Source: Camelus dromedarius | Lineage: Eukaryota | Assembly (NCBI RefSeq): GCF_036321535.1 | Contig: NC_087472.1 | Span: 101,434,001-101,498,000, forward strand | Length of the DNA stretch: 64,000 bases | Direction: 5' to 3' | Part shown: in pieces, positions 62,016 through 64,000 of the stretch | Numbering within the stretch: position 1 is the first letter of the stretch | Layout of the letters: every line of letters starts with the position of its first letter | Position numbers and translations under genes: made by a program | Notes under the pieces: generated by a model | The model's database searches: none | The model's input: only the letters and a program-made list of their open reading frames with translations | Told to the model about the DNA's origin: nothing

Positions 62016-62535
62016 GTTCAATAGAACTTTCTGCAATGATGGAAATGTCCTACACTGTCCAATATGGTAGCCACTAGCTGTAAGTTGCTGTTGAGCACTA
62101 GAAATGTGACTGGAGTGGCTGAGGCCTGACTTTTAAATTTTTTTCTTAACCATTTTTAAGTGTGCAGTTCAGTGGTATTAGATACATTCATATTATAGTG
62201 CAACTGTCACCACCATCCATCTCCAGAACCCTTTTCATCTTGCAAACCGAATCTCTGTCCTCATTTAACACTAACTCCCCATTCACTCTCCTTCCCTCAG
62301 CCCCTGGAAACCACCCTTCTACTTTCTTTTCTCTTTCTTTCTTTTTTAATTTCCCTTCTTCCCCGCAATCCCAGCCTCTGGTAACCACCATTCTACTCTG
62401 TTACTGTGAATGTGGCTTTTTTTTTTTTTTAATATTCTACGTTTAAGTGAGATCATGCAAGATTTGTCTTTCAATTTAAAATTTTAGAAGTAAATTGCCA
62501 CTTGAGGCTAGTGGCTACCATATTGGACAGCACAG
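62016..62535. mobile_element. MER3 element split by an antisense L1 3' end (~62140-62470)
   Basis: MER3 left half caatagaactttctgcaatgatggaaatg.. and right half ggctagtggctaccatattggacagcacag surround an L1MB-like 3' UTR. Confidence 0.85.
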
Positions 62536-62679
62536 CTCTAGAAAGTGCTTGTTTCCCTGTGCCATTCTGCCCCTCTGCTCTTGCTTGATACGCACCTCTC
62601 CTGTAATGCCCACCAGCTTTGAGTCTCTGCCTCCCTCCCAGCCCAGCGCAGCTCCTCCCTCTCTCGAAGGCCTGTAGAC

Positions 62680-62840
62680 CTGTGGTTCTCAAGCTTTAGC
62701 TTGCATTAGAATCACCTGGAGGGCTTGTTAAACAACAGATTCCTGGCACCCACCCCCAGTGCCAGCCCAAGATTTTGGAGTGGGGCCCAAGATTTTGCAT
62801 TTCTGACGCGTTCCCAGGTGCTGTGGTGCTGCTGGTGCTA
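62680..62840. mobile_element. MER5A hAT-Charlie element
   Basis: gtggttctcaagctttagcttgcattagaatcacctggagggcttgttaaa..tgcatttctgacgcgttcccaggtg. Confidence 0.85.
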
Positions 62841-64000
62841 GGATCTTTGGTTGAACATTATCTATCTGGGCGTAAGGACTAATTCCTGCATCTTAAAGTG
62901 GTGTGGCCTGGGGTTTAGCTGCTACCTCCTGGTGTGCAGGGAGCTGTGGTTGCTGGCTCATGTCAGTTGGGAGAAGCCGCCATCCTGCTGCTGACCTGGA
63001 GACCTGGCCCTCTCTCAGTCCCAATTTTACTTGGGCCACTTTTAAGTTGGGTCACTCCCTTGGCAATTGTTCTGGAATGTATTCATTTTAATTTAGGCTT
63101 CCTTGGGAAGGGCTGGGAAGCCACGCTGGGTGAAGGAAGAGGCACAATCTCTAGGAATTGCCTAACCACCCTGGTGATGTACGGCAAGCCTGGACAGAGA
63201 GGCCCATTTATTGTCCGATCTGCTATTCTCTGCAATTAAATGGTGGCAGAAAACTTAACTAGGAAAGAAAAAAAAAGTGAAGCAGATGAAGTAGACAGAT
63301 AACGGTCCCCCTATCCTTGTATCTTCACCCTAATTAAAGTCTGTCCATTTTGGAGGGCAAAGGTCAGGTGCCCTGGGGCAGGATTGGAGGGTGTGAGTGG
63401 CCAGGGGGCCAGGAGAGGTTCCTGAAAAGGGGACTGTCATGTTGGCCACCTTGACTCTTGATGTAGCTTTCATCAGTGCTAAGAATGCTGTTCTTGTTAA
63501 AGAAAAAAAAATACACGTGTAAAGAAGTAGCTGAGGTTACTTGTGAAAGTAACAGGCTATTTTTCTTATAACTATTTGTAAAATAAAGGAATAATGTAGA
63601 ATCATTTTTTTCCTAAGTGTGCACAGATCTCTGTTTTCTCCCACAGAACCTATGACTTTTTCTTTCCTTTCTGTTTCTCCGTCTTTGTTTTGTTTTGTTT
63701 TTTGACAGCAGGAATCATATGTCTTTTTGTGTGGCTTGGTTTCAAACCAGCATTCATCCTCTTGAGCCAGGCAGCACTTCCTAAAGTTCATTTTAATCAC
63801 CATTATAACAACCCAACCCTCTGTGGCTCCTGGCAGTGTGCTCTGAGGTATTTAGATGCTGATAACATGTTTAATTAAAAAATTATAACCACACAAATAT
63901 CTCCCAGTTTGTTTCCAAAAACAAGTCTTCAGAGGCATGGACTGAAGGCCTCATTATTATAGGGATCTGTCCGCATTAATCAGTGGTGCAACATCAAGTT

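Noticed and set aside
62765..62797. Direct repeat gcccaagattttg
   Set aside because: Local rearrangement inside MER5A with no sign of function.
1..64000. Novel multi-gene system, operon, CRISPR array or horizontally acquired block
   Set aside because: The whole window reads as ordinary CpG-depleted mammalian DNA plus one CpG island. I saw no foreign-composition segment or intact coding cluster.

Overview
Mammalian genomic DNA, most likely camelid (one tRNA-Ala-derived Vic-1-like SINE and a camelid-type young L1 3' end). No intact protein-coding exon is supportable. The ORF track consists of decayed LINE-1 ORF1/ORF2 fragments, ORFs running through repeats, and GC-rich chance ORFs. Bases 1 to ~49.5 kb are repeat-rich intergenic sequence: two old near-full-length L1s with nested insertions, L2, CR1/L3, MIR, MaLR/ERVL LTRs, and hAT and Tigger fossils. 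A CpG island at ~49.5-51.6 kb holds a TATA-like promoter and a non-coding + strand first exon (~49832-50036), with further candidate donors at 50626 and 51285. The rest of the window is probably intron 1. From memory the exon resembles the 5' UTR of X-linked RAI2; this is tentative and unverified. The most unusual unexplained structures are two long near-perfect hairpins (45553-45620 and 32016-32107), a GATA/forkhead motif cluster at the island's 3' edge, and a candidate ATG-bearing alternative exon. I found no evidence of a novel multi-gene system. Repeat family names are from recalled consensus sequences, not a database run, and repeat boundaries are approximate.
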